A DNA stretch of 64,000 nucleotides. It comes from an uncultured Gammaproteobacteria bacterium (GTDB lineage: Bacteria > Pseudomonadota > Gammaproteobacteria > UBA9214). The stretch spans positions 64,001-128,000 of the forward strand of contig CAVYZN010000011.1 in NCBI GenBank assembly GCA_963773065.1, read 5' to 3'. The notes under the pieces are model-generated. The model did not search any database. It was not told the origin of the DNA and saw only the letters and a list, made by a program, of their open reading frames with translations. This document shows positions 10,154 through 21,103 of this stretch, one piece after another. The number at the start of each line of letters is the position of its first letter. Positions within the stretch are counted from its first letter, which is position 1. A program made the position numbers and the translations under genes.

Positions 10154-11599
10154 GTGCGCGAACTCGATCGCGCGGCGATCGAGGAGGCCGGGATTCCCGG
10201 TGACATGTTGATGTCGCGGGCCGGCGCGGCGGCCTGGGAGGCCCTGCGCGGGGACTGGCCGGACGCACGGCGCCTCGTCGTGGTTTGCGGAACCGGCAAT
10301 AACGGGGGCGACGGCTACGTGCTCGCGCGCCTCGCGCTGCTGGCGGATTGCCGCGTCACGGTCATGCAAGTGGGCGATGCCGCGCGCCTTCGCGGCGATG
10401 CGCTGGCGGCGCGGGACGCCTATGTGGCGGCGGGCGGGGAAATCCATGCGGGTGATCTTACGCCGCTGGCGGGCGCCGAGGTGATCGTGGATGCCCTGCT
10501 CGGAACCGGGATCGAGCGACCCCTCGAAGGCGCGTGGTTGGCCGTTGTCGAGGCGATCAACCGGACGGCGGTCCCGGTCCTGGCCATCGATATTCCGAGC
10601 GGGCTGCAGGCCGATACCGGTGCGGTGCTCGGGGCCGCCGTGAAGGCGAAGCGGACGGTAACCTTTATCGGCCGCAAGCAGGGTCTGTACACCGGTCAGG
10701 CCGCCGAGTTCACCGGCGCGATCACGTTTTCCGACCTCGGGGTGCCGGCGAGCGTGTACCCGCGGGTGAAATCCGAGTCGCGCCTGGTGACGGCGGCGCC
10801 TCTGGGGTTGCTGGCGGCGCCGCGTCCGCGTGCCGCGCACAAAGGCGCGAACGGTCATGTGCTGGTGATCGGCGGTGATCACGGCATGAATGGCGCGGTG
10901 CGTCTGGCGGGTGAGGCTGCCTTGCGGGTCGGCGCCGGACTGGTCAGCCTCGCGACCCGCCCGGAACATGCGGCGGCGATTGCCGCGGCGTGCCCGGAAC
11001 TGATGAGTCATGGCGTCGGCGCCGTCAGGGATCTGCCCCCGTTATTGGCGCGCGCCACGGTCGCGGTGGTCGGGCCGGGGCTGGGGCGTTCCCCCTGGGC
11101 GCAGGCGCTCGTTGCCGCGGTGCTCGAAACCTCCCTGCCGCTGGTTGTCGATGCCGATGCGCTCAACCTGCTGAGCCAGGAACCGCTGCGGCGCGACAAC
11201 TGGGTGCTCACGCCCCATCCGGGTGAGGCGGCGCGTCTGCTGGGTCAGGACACCACCGCGGTTCAGGCTGACCGTTACGCGGCGGTGCGTTTGCTGGGCG
11301 AAACCTATGGCGGGGTCGCGGTGCTTAAAGGCGCCGGCACGCTGGTGTATCAGGCCGGCGCGCCGGTCGATGTGTGCGCGGCGGGAAATCCCGGGATGGC
11401 CGCCGGTGGCATGGGGGATGTGTTGAGCGGGGTGATCGCCGGCCTGATCGCTCAGGGACTCGACCTGCCGCAGGCGGCCACGGCCGGCGTGTGCCTGCAT
11501 GCCCGGGCGGGTGACCGCGCCGCGGTCAACGGCGAGCGGGGCATGACGGCGCGTGATGTCATCGATGAATTACGCGCCGTATTGAATGCCGGCGGATGA
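10154..11599 (+). CDS. nnr: Bifunctional NAD(P)HX epimerase/dehydratase (true start probably near 10117)
   Basis: GTGNNGGDG, DIPSG, HKG..G, LTPHPGEA, GGMGDVLSG. Confidence 0.95.
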   Translation: MRELDRAAIEEAGIPGDMLMSRAGAAAWEALRGDWPDARRLVVVCGTGNNGGDGYVLARLALLADCRVTVMQVGDAARLRGDALAARDAYVAAGGEIHAGDLTPLAGAEVIVDALLGTGIERPLEGAWLAVVEAINRTAVPVLAIDIPSGLQADTGAVLGAAVKAKRTVTFIGRKQGLYTGQAAEFTGAITFSDLGVPASVYPRVKSESRLVTAAPLGLLAAPRPRAAHKGANGHVLVIGGDHGMNGAVRLAGEAALRVGAGLVSLATRPEHAAAIAAACPELMSHGVGAVRDLPPLLARATVAVVGPGLGRSPWAQALVAAVLETSLPLVVDADALNLLSQEPLRRDNWVLTPHPGEAARLLGQDTTAVQADRYAAVRLLGETYGGVAVLKGAGTLVYQAGAPVDVCAAGNPGMAAGGMGDVLSGVIAGLIAQGLDLPQAATAGVCLHARAGDRAAVNGERGMTARDVIDELRAVLNAGG

Positions 11600-12087
11600 A
11601 CTCCGTCACTTTTTTTGTGCCGGATGCACGCGCCATGGATGAACTGGGTCAGCGTCTGGCGCGCTCCGCCAGGCGCCGGGGTGTGATTTACCTGCAGGGA
11701 GAACTCGGGACCGGCAAGACCACGCTGGTGCGCGGCCTGCTGCGTGGTTTGGGCTATCAAGGCAAGGTCAAAAGCCCGACGTACACCCTGGTTGAACCTT
11801 ATCCGCTTGACCGTCTAAGCGTTTATCACCTGGATCTTTACCGGCTGGGTTCACCCGCGGAAATCGAGGGGATCGGCATCCGCGATCTGCAGACCGACGA
11901 CGGCCTGTTGCTGGTTGAATGGCCTGAGCAGGGTGAAGGTGCGTTGCCGCCGGCGGATCTGATAATTTTCATGGCTTATCGGGATAACGGCCGCGAGTTG
12001 CGGCTGCAGGCCGTGACGGCCCAGGGCGAACGGCTGGCCGCAGCCTGTTTAAATCACGATCCTGCCGTTGGGCTAGCTGACAAGTGA
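11596..12087 (+). CDS. tsaE: tRNA t6A biosynthesis ATPase
   Basis: GELGTGKTT, VKSPTYTLVEPY, HLDLYRL. Confidence 0.96.
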   Translation: MNSVTFFVPDARAMDELGQRLARSARRRGVIYLQGELGTGKTTLVRGLLRGLGYQGKVKSPTYTLVEPYPLDRLSVYHLDLYRLGSPAEIEGIGIRDLQTDDGLLLVEWPEQGEGALPPADLIIFMAYRDNGRELRLQAVTAQGERLAAACLNHDPAVGLADK

Positions 12088-12230
12088 CAAATAGTTATCA
12101 CGGATCGTTTTGATCCCTCTGCAGGTTCCTGTCCTATCTCACAGACTTATATCACGTTTATTGCAAATCCCCTTGATTTGTGCATAGTATACGTGCGCGG
12201 TTGAAAAAAGATTCGGGGGCTTTTGTCGGC

Positions 12231-13652
12231 GTGAAACACCTTGTCACAGGGCTGGGTCTCTGGTTCGCATGCCAGACGCTGCTGTTTGCCGCACCCGTTG
12301 AGGTCCAGGGTGTGCGCCTCTGGGCGGCTCCGGATCATACCCGTGTGGTCTTCGATACCAGCGGGCCGGTTGGATATGAACTGTCGTCCCTGCATAACCC
12401 CGAGCGCATTGTAATCGATGTGCCGGCCGCCATGGCCAGTGCAGCGGTGTCACGACAGCAAGGCGCCGGCGGCGTGGTCAAGGGAGTACGCGCCGCACAG
12501 TATTCGAAACAGGCGGTGCGTATCGTGCTGGATCTGCGGCAGCCAGTCCGACCACGCAGTTTTACCCTGACGCCCGCTGGTCAGTATGGGCACCGTCTGG
12601 TCATCGATCTTTACGAAACCGCATCCGCGCCACCGTCGAAGTTCGGTTCAAACTCCCTGGCAAGGACAGGACATACTGCCACGGCAGCGGCCGGTCCAAC
12701 CCCCAAGGCAAGGACAGGACAAACTGGCAAGCCAACGGCCGGCTCAATTGCACAGGCAAAGACAAAGAAATCGGTAACCGCAGACAAGCCGCGGATGCGC
12801 GACCTGGTAATCGCGATTGATGCGGGTCATGGCGGTGATGATACCGGTGCCATCGGCCGCAATGGCACGTATGAAAAGGATGTGGCGCTGGCCATCGCCC
12901 GGCGACTGGCGGCGCTGGTCGAGAAGGCGCCCGGCATGCGAGCGGTGATGACTCGCCAGGGTGACTACTATATCGGGCTGCGCCAGCGCATCAACAAGGC
13001 GCGCGAGCAGAAGGCCGATCTGTTTGTTTCCATCCATGCGGATAGTTTCCGTGATCAACGGGTCCAGGGTTCATCGGTTTTCGTGTTGTCTAACCGGGGC
13101 GCATCTTCCGAAATGGCGCGCTGGCTGGCGGAAAAGGAAAATGCCGCGGACTTGGCGGGTGGGGTGAGCCTGGATGACAAGGATGAGGTGCTTGCCGAGG
13201 TGCTGCTGGATCTCTCGCAGAATGCCACCATAGAAGCCAGCATCAATGTGGCCGGGAACATGCTCGACGAACTCCAGCGGCTTGGCAAGACCCACAAGTC
13301 CACCGTCCAGCAGGCCGGTTTTGTGGTATTGAAATCCCCGGATATCCCATCGGTACTGGTCGAGACCGCATATATCTCAAACCCGACTGAAGAGCGGAAA
13401 TTGCGCGACAGTCGCCACCAGGAGTCGCTGGCCACTGCCATGTTGCGCGGCATCAACAGATACTTCGCCAACCACCCTCCGCTGGGTACCCGTGTGGCGG
13501 CGCGTGAGCACGTCATCCGGCGGGGGGAGACACTGGATAGAATCGCGCAGCAATATGAGGTCAGCATGAACAGCTTGAGGGACTACAACGACCTGAAGTC
13601 CGACGTTCTGCGCATCGGGGGCACCCTGCGCATCCCGCCGTCTGGTGGTTGA
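12231..13652 (+). CDS. amiB: N-acetylmuramoyl-L-alanine amidase (AMIN + Amidase_3 + LysM)
   Basis: IDAGHGGDD, FVSIHAD, SVLVETAYISN, C-terminal LysM; tsaE-ami-mutL synteny. Confidence 0.88.
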   Translation: MKHLVTGLGLWFACQTLLFAAPVEVQGVRLWAAPDHTRVVFDTSGPVGYELSSLHNPERIVIDVPAAMASAAVSRQQGAGGVVKGVRAAQYSKQAVRIVLDLRQPVRPRSFTLTPAGQYGHRLVIDLYETASAPPSKFGSNSLARTGHTATAAAGPTPKARTGQTGKPTAGSIAQAKTKKSVTADKPRMRDLVIAIDAGHGGDDTGAIGRNGTYEKDVALAIARRLAALVEKAPGMRAVMTRQGDYYIGLRQRINKAREQKADLFVSIHADSFRDQRVQGSSVFVLSNRGASSEMARWLAEKENAADLAGGVSLDDKDEVLAEVLLDLSQNATIEASINVAGNMLDELQRLGKTHKSTVQQAGFVVLKSPDIPSVLVETAYISNPTEERKLRDSRHQESLATAMLRGINRYFANHPPLGTRVAAREHVIRRGETLDRIAQQYEVSMNSLRDYNDLKSDVLRIGGTLRIPPSGG

Positions 13653-13714
13653 ATATTCCACGGCGAGGTTCTGATGCGTAGGCTTCGTCAAACGGCGGGA
13701 GTATCATCGAACCC

Positions 13715-14218
13715 ATGCGGTCGAAGCATGAAAACCGGCGGGTTTTGAAACGCTGCTGTTTTGCGGTGTGTGTGACCCTGCTGGCCGGCTGCCAGACGGT
13801 GGCGACAAATAATCCCGCCACGATTTATTTCAAGATACCCTCCGGTTCGAAGCTGATACTCAACAAGGAACTGGCCATCCCGGCGGGGGAGGCCCATATC
13901 ATGCTGCAGCATGGCGAGGCGGCCTCCGGCGCCAGCGAGTACTATATCAATTGCCGGTTTGAAGTGCGGGACCTCGGTCCCCGTGTCATTCAACCCGATA
14001 CTTTTCTGATCACCCGCGATAGCAGCCAGCGCGAATGGGTCAATCAGCCCTCTATCATGCGTTTCTACAAGGTTTTCCACCTGAAATCGGAACGCCAGCC
14101 CGATATCATGCCCATGATCTGTCAGTACTGGGCCTACCCGCTCATCGGCAGACCGGTCACCATCCAGGAAATACAGGAAGCCCTGGGGAGTTACTTCACC
14201 TTTGAATTCGCCCGCTAG
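13715..14218 (+). CDS. Hypothetical lipoprotein
   Basis: Lipobox LAGC; sits between amidase and mutL. Confidence 0.7.
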   Translation: MRSKHENRRVLKRCCFAVCVTLLAGCQTVATNNPATIYFKIPSGSKLILNKELAIPAGEAHIMLQHGEAASGASEYYINCRFEVRDLGPRVIQPDTFLITRDSSQREWVNQPSIMRFYKVFHLKSERQPDIMPMICQYWAYPLIGRPVTIQEIQEALGSYFTFEFAR

Positions 14219-14265
14219 GACCGGGCCTACACGAGGCCCCGGCGGGGGGGTATCATGGTCGCGCA

Positions 14266-16029
14266 ATGCGCATACAGGTACTCCCCTCACAACTGGTCAA
14301 CCAGATAGCCGCCGGCGAAGTCATCGAACGACCGGCCTCGGTGGTCAAGGAGTTGCTGGAGAACAGTCTCGATGCCGGGGCGGATGCCATCGAGGTGGAT
14401 GTCGAGCAAGGCGGTTTGCGCCGCATCCGGGTACGGGACAATGGCTGCGGCATTCAGCAGGAGGATCTTCTGCTGGCGCTGTCACGCCATGCCACCAGCA
14501 AAATCGCTACCCTGGACGACCTGGAACGGATCAACAGCCTCGGGTTTCGTGGCGAGGCGCTGCCCAGCATTGCCTCGGTGTCGCGGCTCAAACTCAGCTC
14601 CGCCTTTAATGGCGCCTCATCGGGCTGGTCCGTGCACAGCGATGGATCGGAACGCCTGCCGGCGCCGGCGCCTGTCGCTCACCCGACCGGCACGACGGTC
14701 GATGTCGGGGATCTGTTCTACAACACGCCCGCGCGCCGCAAATTCATGCGTGCGGAGGCGACTGAATTCAAGCACATCGAGCAGTTGGTGAGGCGCATGG
14801 CGCTGAGCTGTTTCCCGGTCGCGGTGAAACTGCAGCACAACCAGCGCGCGGTTTTTCATCTGCCCCCGGCCGTTTCCCGGGAAGCGCAGGAACAGCGTAT
14901 CGCCAGGGTATGCGGCCAAGCCTTCCTGGAACAGGCCGTCCATGTCGAGCACGCCGCGGCGGGCATGTCCCTGCGCGGCTGGATTGCCCTGCCGACGTTC
15001 TCGCGCAGCCAGCCGGACTTGCAGTTTTTTTACGTCAACCGCCGCATGGTGCGCGACAAGCTGGTGACGCATGCGGTTCGCCAGGCTTACGCGGATGTGC
15101 TTTACCACGGGCGGCATCCGGCGTTTGTCCTATTTATCGAGATGGAGCCCGCGGCGGTCGATGTCAATGCGCACCCGACCAAGCATGAGGTGCGATTTCG
15201 CGACAGCCGGCTGGTACATGATTTCCTGTCCGAAACACTCCACGAAGCCTTGGCGCAGATCCGTCCCGCCACTGGCCCGATGCCGCAGCCGCTGCCTAAC
15301 CTCGCTGTTCAGGCGGGGCAGGGACGCGTACCGGTACAGTCGGGCATGGCGCTGGATGTCCGTGAGCAGATCGCCGCTTACGCGGCCCTGCACCCTCGGC
15401 CCGCGTCCGCCCCGGCCCCTGATCCCGGGCCGCAGGATGCGAAAACGTATCCGCTCGGTTTTGCACTGGCCCAGCTACACGCTGTGTATGTTCTCGCGCA
15501 AAATGAGCACGGGCTGGTGCTCGTCGACATGCATGCGGCGCATGAGCGGATCACCTACGAAAAACTGAAGGTTTCGTTTGCTGCCGATGGGATCCGCTCC
15601 CAGCCGTTGCTGGTGCCCCTGCGCCTAGGGGTCAGCCGGCGCGAGGCGGATGCGTGCGAGTCAAACCAGGAATGGTTCGCGGCGCTGGGTTTCGAGATTG
15701 ACCGCGGCGGGCCGGAACACTTGCTGGTCCGGCAGGTTCCGGTATTGCTGCATGATACGGATATCGATGGGCTGGTGCGGGATGTGCTCTCTGACCTGAT
15801 TGAACACGGTACGAGCGAGCGCCTGCAGAATACGATGAACGGGATACTATCGACCATGGCCTGTCACGGTTCGGTGCGCGCCAACCGCCGCCTGGCGCTC
15901 GATGAAATGAATGCCCTGCTGCGGGAGATGGAAAGCACCGAACGCGGCGGCCAGTGCAACCACGGGCGGCCGACCTGGGTACAGATCCGTCTGGCCGAAC
16001 TGGACAAGCTGTTTCTGCGCGGTCGCTGA
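14266..16029 (+). CDS. mutL: DNA mismatch repair protein MutL with endonuclease motif
   Basis: [38 protein letters not shown]. Confidence 0.98.
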   Translation: MRIQVLPSQLVNQIAAGEVIERPASVVKELLENSLDAGADAIEVDVEQGGLRRIRVRDNGCGIQQEDLLLALSRHATSKIATLDDLERINSLGFRGEALPSIASVSRLKLSSAFNGASSGWSVHSDGSERLPAPAPVAHPTGTTVDVGDLFYNTPARRKFMRAEATEFKHIEQLVRRMALSCFPVAVKLQHNQRAVFHLPPAVSREAQEQRIARVCGQAFLEQAVHVEHAAAGMSLRGWIALPTFSRSQPDLQFFYVNRRMVRDKLVTHAVRQAYADVLYHGRHPAFVLFIEMEPAAVDVNAHPTKHEVRFRDSRLVHDFLSETLHEALAQIRPATGPMPQPLPNLAVQAGQGRVPVQSGMALDVREQIAAYAALHPRPASAPAPDPGPQDAKTYPLGFALAQLHAVYVLAQNEHGLVLVDMHAAHERITYEKLKVSFAADGIRSQPLLVPLRLGVSRREADACESNQEWFAALGFEIDRGGPEHLLVRQVPVLLHDTDIDGLVRDVLSDLIEHGTSERLQNTMNGILSTMACHGSVRANRRLALDEMNALLREMESTERGGQCNHGRPTWVQIRLAELDKLFLRGR

Positions 16030-16058
16030 TACCGCGGCGCAGTCCGCGGTAAGTTTGA

Positions 16059-17031
16059 ATGACGGTTTCTATCAACCCCGAAATCCTGCCGCCCGCCGTT
16101 TTTCTCATGGGGCCGACGGCCTCGGGCAAGACGGAACTTGCGGCCAGGCTGGTCAAAGAGTTCCCCCTGGAAATCATCAGCGTGGACTCGGCGATGGTTT
16201 ACCGGGGCATGGCCATCGGTACCGCCAGGCCGGATGCCGCGCTATTGCGGGCGGCGCCGCACCGTCTGATCGATTTCCGCGACCCGGCCGAACCCTATTC
16301 GGCCGCCGATTTTCGCCGGGACGCGCTGGTCGAAATGGCGGATATTACCGCCAGGGGCCATATCCCGTTGCTGGTCGGCGGCACGCTGCTGTATTTCCGC
16401 GCCCTCGAACAGGGCTTGTCCGCCATGCCCCCGGCGGACCCGGACGTGCGCGCCAGACTCGACGCCGAGGCGCGGCATAGCGGTCTGGACGGACTGCATG
16501 CACGCCTTCAGAAAGTCGACCCGCCATCGGCGGCGCGGATCCATGCCAACGACCCGCAACGTATCCAGCGTGCGCTGGAGGTCTATGAATTAACCGGGCT
16601 GCCGTTGAGTGTGTTTCATCAACGGGGCCGGGTCGAGGTGTTGCCATACCGGCTGGCCAAGCTGATCCTGGCGCCGCGGGAGCGGCGGCTGCTTGCAGGC
16701 GCGTATTGAACGGCGTTTCCGGGACATGCTGGCGGCGGGGTTTGTCGATGAAGTCAGGGCGCTGTATGAGCGCGGCGACCTCGATGCTGAACTTCCCGCC
16801 ATGCGCGCGGTCGGTTACCGGCAGGTGTGGGCTTTCCTGGCAGGACAAATCGGCTATGACGACATGGTAAATCAGGCTATAGTCGCCACGCGCCAGTACG
16901 CCAAGCGCCAGTTGACCTGGTTGCGCGGCGAACCGGACGCGGAATGGTTTGTCGCGGATGACCCCAGTGTCTTGGAAGAGCTTGGCCGGTACCTGGATTC
17001 CTGGCTCAGGCAAGCTAAAACAAGCATGTGA
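16059..17031 (+). CDS. miaA: tRNA dimethylallyltransferase (one frameshift near 16690)
   Basis: [33 protein letters not shown] across two frames. Confidence 0.93.
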
Positions 17032-17144
17032 TTGTCCTTTAAATTTAGTATTATATCCTGGCCTGCTGCAGGCAGGTTCGCAGAAGTAGCTGTAGCCAGG
17101 GAGATCGAATTTTGGTTTATGGAACTAGAAAAAGGAGAACAGAC

Positions 17145-17399
17145 ATGAATAGAGGACAATCTTTGCAGGACCCGTTTTTGAATGCCCTACGCAAGGAGCG
17201 AGTCCCGGTGTCAATTTATCTGGTCAATGGGATCAAGCTTCAGGGACAGATCGAATCATTCGACCAGTTTGTGGTGCTACTCAAGAATACCGTCAGTCAA
17301 ATGGTCTACAAGCACGCGATCTCGACCGTGGTTCCGGCGCGTAACGTGCGGATTGCGGGAGCGGAAGTCAGTGAAACCCCTGAGCCGGGGAATGCCTGA
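17145..17399 (+). CDS. hfq: RNA chaperone Hfq
   Basis: [35 protein letters not shown]. Confidence 0.99.
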   Translation: MNRGQSLQDPFLNALRKERVPVSIYLVNGIKLQGQIESFDQFVVLLKNTVSQMVYKHAISTVVPARNVRIAGAEVSETPEPGNA

Positions 17400-17427
17400 C
17401 GGAACAAATACCGTGGCGGGCGGTTGA

Positions 17428-18747
17428 TTGTTCGTACGCCCCGATAGCGGTGAGCGGGCCGTTCTGGTCCATGTGAACTTTCCCTCCGAAACCGACCAGG
17501 AGGATCTCCAGGAATTCACTGAACTGGTCCGCTCCGCGGGCGCGACCCCGGTCGCGATCATTACCGCCACGCGCACGGCGCCGGAACCCCGGCTGTTCGT
17601 CGGCCAGGGCAAGGCCGATGAAATACTCACCGCCGTTCAGACGCAGCAGGCCGATGTGGTCATTTTCAACCATGCCTTGCGGCCCAGCCAGGAAAGAAAT
17701 CTGGAGCGGCTGTTGTCCTGCCGCGTGCTGGCGCGCACGGGGTTGATACTGGACATCTTCGCCCAGCGGGCGCGGTCTTTTGAAGGCAAGCTGCAGGTGG
17801 AGCTGGCGCAACTGCGGCATTTGTCCACGCGTCTGGTCCGGGGCTGGACCCACCTGGAACGCCAGAAGGGCGGCATCGGCTTGCGCGGCCCGGGTGAAAC
17901 CCAGCTTGAATCCGACCGCCGTATGATCAATGCGCGCATCAAGATGATCAACAAGCGCCTGGACAAAGTCGGGCGCCAGCGCGATCAGGGAAGGCGGGCC
18001 CGCAGCCGCGCCGAAGTGCCGACGGTCTCCGTCGTCGGGTATACCAATGCCGGGAAATCGACCTTGTTCAACGCCCTCACGGGCGCACACGTCTATGCGG
18101 CCGACCAGTTGTTCGCCACCCTGGATCCGACCTTGCGGCGGGTGGAACTGCCGGGCATCGGCCCGCTGGTGCTGGCCGACACCGTGGGGTTCATCCGCCA
18201 CCTGCCCCATGATCTGGTGGCGGCCTTCCGCGCCACGCTCGAGGAGACGCGCCAGGCCGATTTGCTGCTGCACGTGATCGATGTGCAGGATACCGAACGC
18301 CGGGCGCGCATCGAACAGGTCAACGAGGTGCTGCACGAAATCGGCGCCGGCGACATACCCCAACTGTGTGTCTATAACAAAGTGGATCTCACGGAGGAAG
18401 CGCCGCGTGTCGAGCGCAATGGCGAGGGTGTGATCGACAAGGTCTGGTTGTCGGCCTTGCGCGGGACCGGGCTGGATCTGCTGACAGCGGCGTTGACGGA
18501 GCATTTTCAGGGTGTCCAGGTTCATGGCTGGCTGCGTCTGCCGCCGCAGGCGGGCGCGGTCCGCTCCGGCCTGTACCAACTGGGCAGCGTCCTCTCCGAG
18601 CGCGTGGATAACCTGGGCCGCTGGTGGATCGAGGTCCGCATGACCCGGCGTGACATCGATCGGCTGCTGAGTGACCAGGCGTCGGGATGCGAGTTTTACC
18701 CGCCCGATTCCGTCGATCTCCTTGCGGGTACCGCACAAGCTTCTTAA
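17428..18747 (+). CDS. hflX: Ribosome-splitting GTPase HflX
   Basis: GPGETQLESDRR, GYTNAGKST, DTVGFI. Confidence 0.97.
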   Translation: MFVRPDSGERAVLVHVNFPSETDQEDLQEFTELVRSAGATPVAIITATRTAPEPRLFVGQGKADEILTAVQTQQADVVIFNHALRPSQERNLERLLSCRVLARTGLILDIFAQRARSFEGKLQVELAQLRHLSTRLVRGWTHLERQKGGIGLRGPGETQLESDRRMINARIKMINKRLDKVGRQRDQGRRARSRAEVPTVSVVGYTNAGKSTLFNALTGAHVYAADQLFATLDPTLRRVELPGIGPLVLADTVGFIRHLPHDLVAAFRATLEETRQADLLLHVIDVQDTERRARIEQVNEVLHEIGAGDIPQLCVYNKVDLTEEAPRVERNGEGVIDKVWLSALRGTGLDLLTAALTEHFQGVQVHGWLRLPPQAGAVRSGLYQLGSVLSERVDNLGRWWIEVRMTRRDIDRLLSDQASGCEFYPPDSVDLLAGTAQAS

Positions 18748-18816
18748 ACTTGACCCTTTCGCCTCCCACGGCCGTGACCCGCCGTGGGGTGCATTCAAAC
18801 TGAACTGGAGTTGTGT

Positions 18817-19950
18817 ATGGCCTGGAATGAACCGGGTGGCGATAAACGGGATCCCTGGGGCGGGAAGGGCGGCAACGAGGGACCCCCTGATTTGGATGAA
18901 CTCGTGCGCAAGCTGCGTGACGGGGTAAACCGCCTGTTCGGGGGACTTGCCGGCAAGGGCGGTGGCGCCTCAACCGGCAGCCCCATCAGTTTCGGCTTCA
19001 TCGCCGGCCTGGCCATTGCCATCTGGGTGTTATCCGGCATCTACATCATCGACCCGGCCGAGCGCGGCGTGGTGTTGCGGCTGGGCGAGTTCAAGGCCAT
19101 TACCGGGCCGGGGCCGCACTGGTTCATGCGCTTCATCGAAACCGTGGAAAAGATCAACATCGATCGGGTGCGCACCGTGAGTCACAAGGCCAAGATACTG
19201 ACCAAGGACGAAAACATCATCCAGGTGGAACTGGCCGTGCAGTACCAGGTGAAGAACGCCGAGGATTATATGTTCCGGGTGCGCGACCCGGACTACACTC
19301 TGCAGGAAGCCACCGAGAGCGCGCTGCGTGAAGTCATCGGCGGCATCACCATGGACCAATTCCTCAGCGGTGGCCGTGGCGATATTGTGTTTCAGGCCAA
19401 GGAACTGCTCCAGACCATCCTGGACCGCTACCGTACCGGCTTGCTATTGACCAGTGTCAACCTGCAGGATCCGCAGCCGCCGGAAGAGGTACAGGGCGCC
19501 TTTCAGGATGCCATCAAGGCGCAGGAGGACGAAGTCAGGTTCAAGAACGAGGCGGAGGCCTATGCGCGCGATATCGTGCCCAGGGCCCGGGGCGATGCCC
19601 GGCGCATGCGCGAGGAGGCGGGCGCCTACAAGGAACAGATCATCGCCAAGGCGGGAGGTGAAACCAGCCGTTTCCTGCAGACGCTCAAGGAATACAAGAA
19701 GGCCCCCGAGATCACCCGCAAACGGCTGTACCTGGAAACCATGGAGGAAGTGCTTGCCAATACCAGCAAGGTCATCATGCAGGTCAACGGCGCCAACAGC
19801 CTGATGTATCTGCCGCTCGACAAGCTCATGCAGCAGACCTCCGATACCAACCTGCAGACGCCGGAGGTGACGCAGACGGGCAATGAAACGTCGACGGAAC
19901 CAACGGAGCTGGTGCGTCGGCGCAGCACGATCAGACAGGGAGAGAGGTAA
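18817..19950 (+). CDS. hflK: FtsH modulator HflK
   Basis: MAWNEPG..GPPDLDE, SPFH domain. Confidence 0.97.
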   Translation: MAWNEPGGDKRDPWGGKGGNEGPPDLDELVRKLRDGVNRLFGGLAGKGGGASTGSPISFGFIAGLAIAIWVLSGIYIIDPAERGVVLRLGEFKAITGPGPHWFMRFIETVEKINIDRVRTVSHKAKILTKDENIIQVELAVQYQVKNAEDYMFRVRDPDYTLQEATESALREVIGGITMDQFLSGGRGDIVFQAKELLQTILDRYRTGLLLTSVNLQDPQPPEEVQGAFQDAIKAQEDEVRFKNEAEAYARDIVPRARGDARRMREEAGAYKEQIIAKAGGETSRFLQTLKEYKKAPEITRKRLYLETMEEVLANTSKVIMQVNGANSLMYLPLDKLMQQTSDTNLQTPEVTQTGNETSTEPTELVRRRSTIRQGER

Positions 19951-20825
19951 TGGCGGCGTCAAGAATACTTGTTGTCATGCTGGTGATCGTCCTGGTCGTT
20001 GCCTGGACTTCGTTCTTCGTCATCGATGAACGCCAGTTGGCGATCAAGTTTCAACTCGGCGAGATCATCGACTCGGAATACGAGCCCGGCCTGCATTTCA
20101 TGAAGCCGCTGTTCATCAACAACGTCAAGAAGTTCGACAAGCGCCTCCTGACGCTGGATACCCGTCCGGAACGGTTCCTTACCGGCGAGAAGAAGAATGT
20201 CACGGTGGACTTCTTCGCGAAATGGCGGATCAAGGACCCGGCAACCTATTACACCGCCTTCGGCGGTGACGAGCGCCAGGCGGCCCTGCGCATGCTGCAG
20301 ATCATCAACAACAGCCTGCAGCTTGAATTCGATCACCGCACTATCGTACAGCTCGTCTCGAGCGAGCGATCCGAGCTGATGACCAGTCTTACCTCCAAGG
20401 GTAATGAACAGGTCGCGCAGTTTGGGATCGAGATCGTCGACGTGCGCATCAAGCAGATCGAACTGCCGGAAGACGTGCGCAATTCCGTGTTCGAGCGCAT
20501 GCGGGCGGAACGCGAGCGGGTCGCCCGCGAACACCGCGCCCAGGGCGAGGAGACCGCCAAGGGCATACGCGCGGTGGCGGAGCGGGAACGGACCATCATT
20601 CTGGCCGAGGCCCAGCGCGATGCGGAGACCATACGCGGCGAGGGTGATGCGCGGGCAACCGAGGTTTACGCCCAGGCATACGGCGAGGACCCCGGCTTCT
20701 ATGAATTCTATCGCAGCATGAATGCCTACCGGGACGCCATCGGCAGCAAACATGACATACTGGTACTCCAGCCGGACTCCGAATTCTTCAGGTTTTTTGA
20801 CAACAATGCCGGCAAGCAACGCTAG
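19950..20825 (+). CDS. hflC: FtsH modulator HflC
   Basis: DVRIKQIELP, RMRAER, FYEFYRSMNAY. Confidence 0.96.
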   Translation: MAASRILVVMLVIVLVVAWTSFFVIDERQLAIKFQLGEIIDSEYEPGLHFMKPLFINNVKKFDKRLLTLDTRPERFLTGEKKNVTVDFFAKWRIKDPATYYTAFGGDERQAALRMLQIINNSLQLEFDHRTIVQLVSSERSELMTSLTSKGNEQVAQFGIEIVDVRIKQIELPEDVRNSVFERMRAERERVAREHRAQGEETAKGIRAVAERERTIILAEAQRDAETIRGEGDARATEVYAQAYGEDPGFYEFYRSMNAYRDAIGSKHDILVLQPDSEFFRFFDNNAGKQR

Positions 20826-20892
20826 TGCCCGCGGGCGACTGCCTGGCATGCCTACCGGGCTTGGGCCCGGATTTTTTTGCGGGTAATGTCCC

Positions 20893-21084
20893 TTGAACTG
20901 GGATGATCTGCTGGCCGCGGTGGCGCTGGTGATGGTTCTCGAAGGGATCGTGCCGTTTGGCAGTCCGCAATCTCTGCGCCGCATGCTGGAAAGGGTGTCA
21001 CACATCGATGACCGGACACTGCGTCTGACCGGCCTGGCAAGCATGATCTGCGGTGTCGTCCTGTTGTACCTGGTTCGTCACTAA
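20893..21084 (+). CDS. DUF2065 (YjeT-like) small membrane protein
   Basis: ALVMVLEGI..LRLTGL; usual position after hflC. Confidence 0.85.
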   Translation: MNWDDLLAAVALVMVLEGIVPFGSPQSLRRMLERVSHIDDRTLRLTGLASMICGVVLLYLVRH

Positions 21085-21103
21085 CGACACGCTTGAACAC
21101 GCG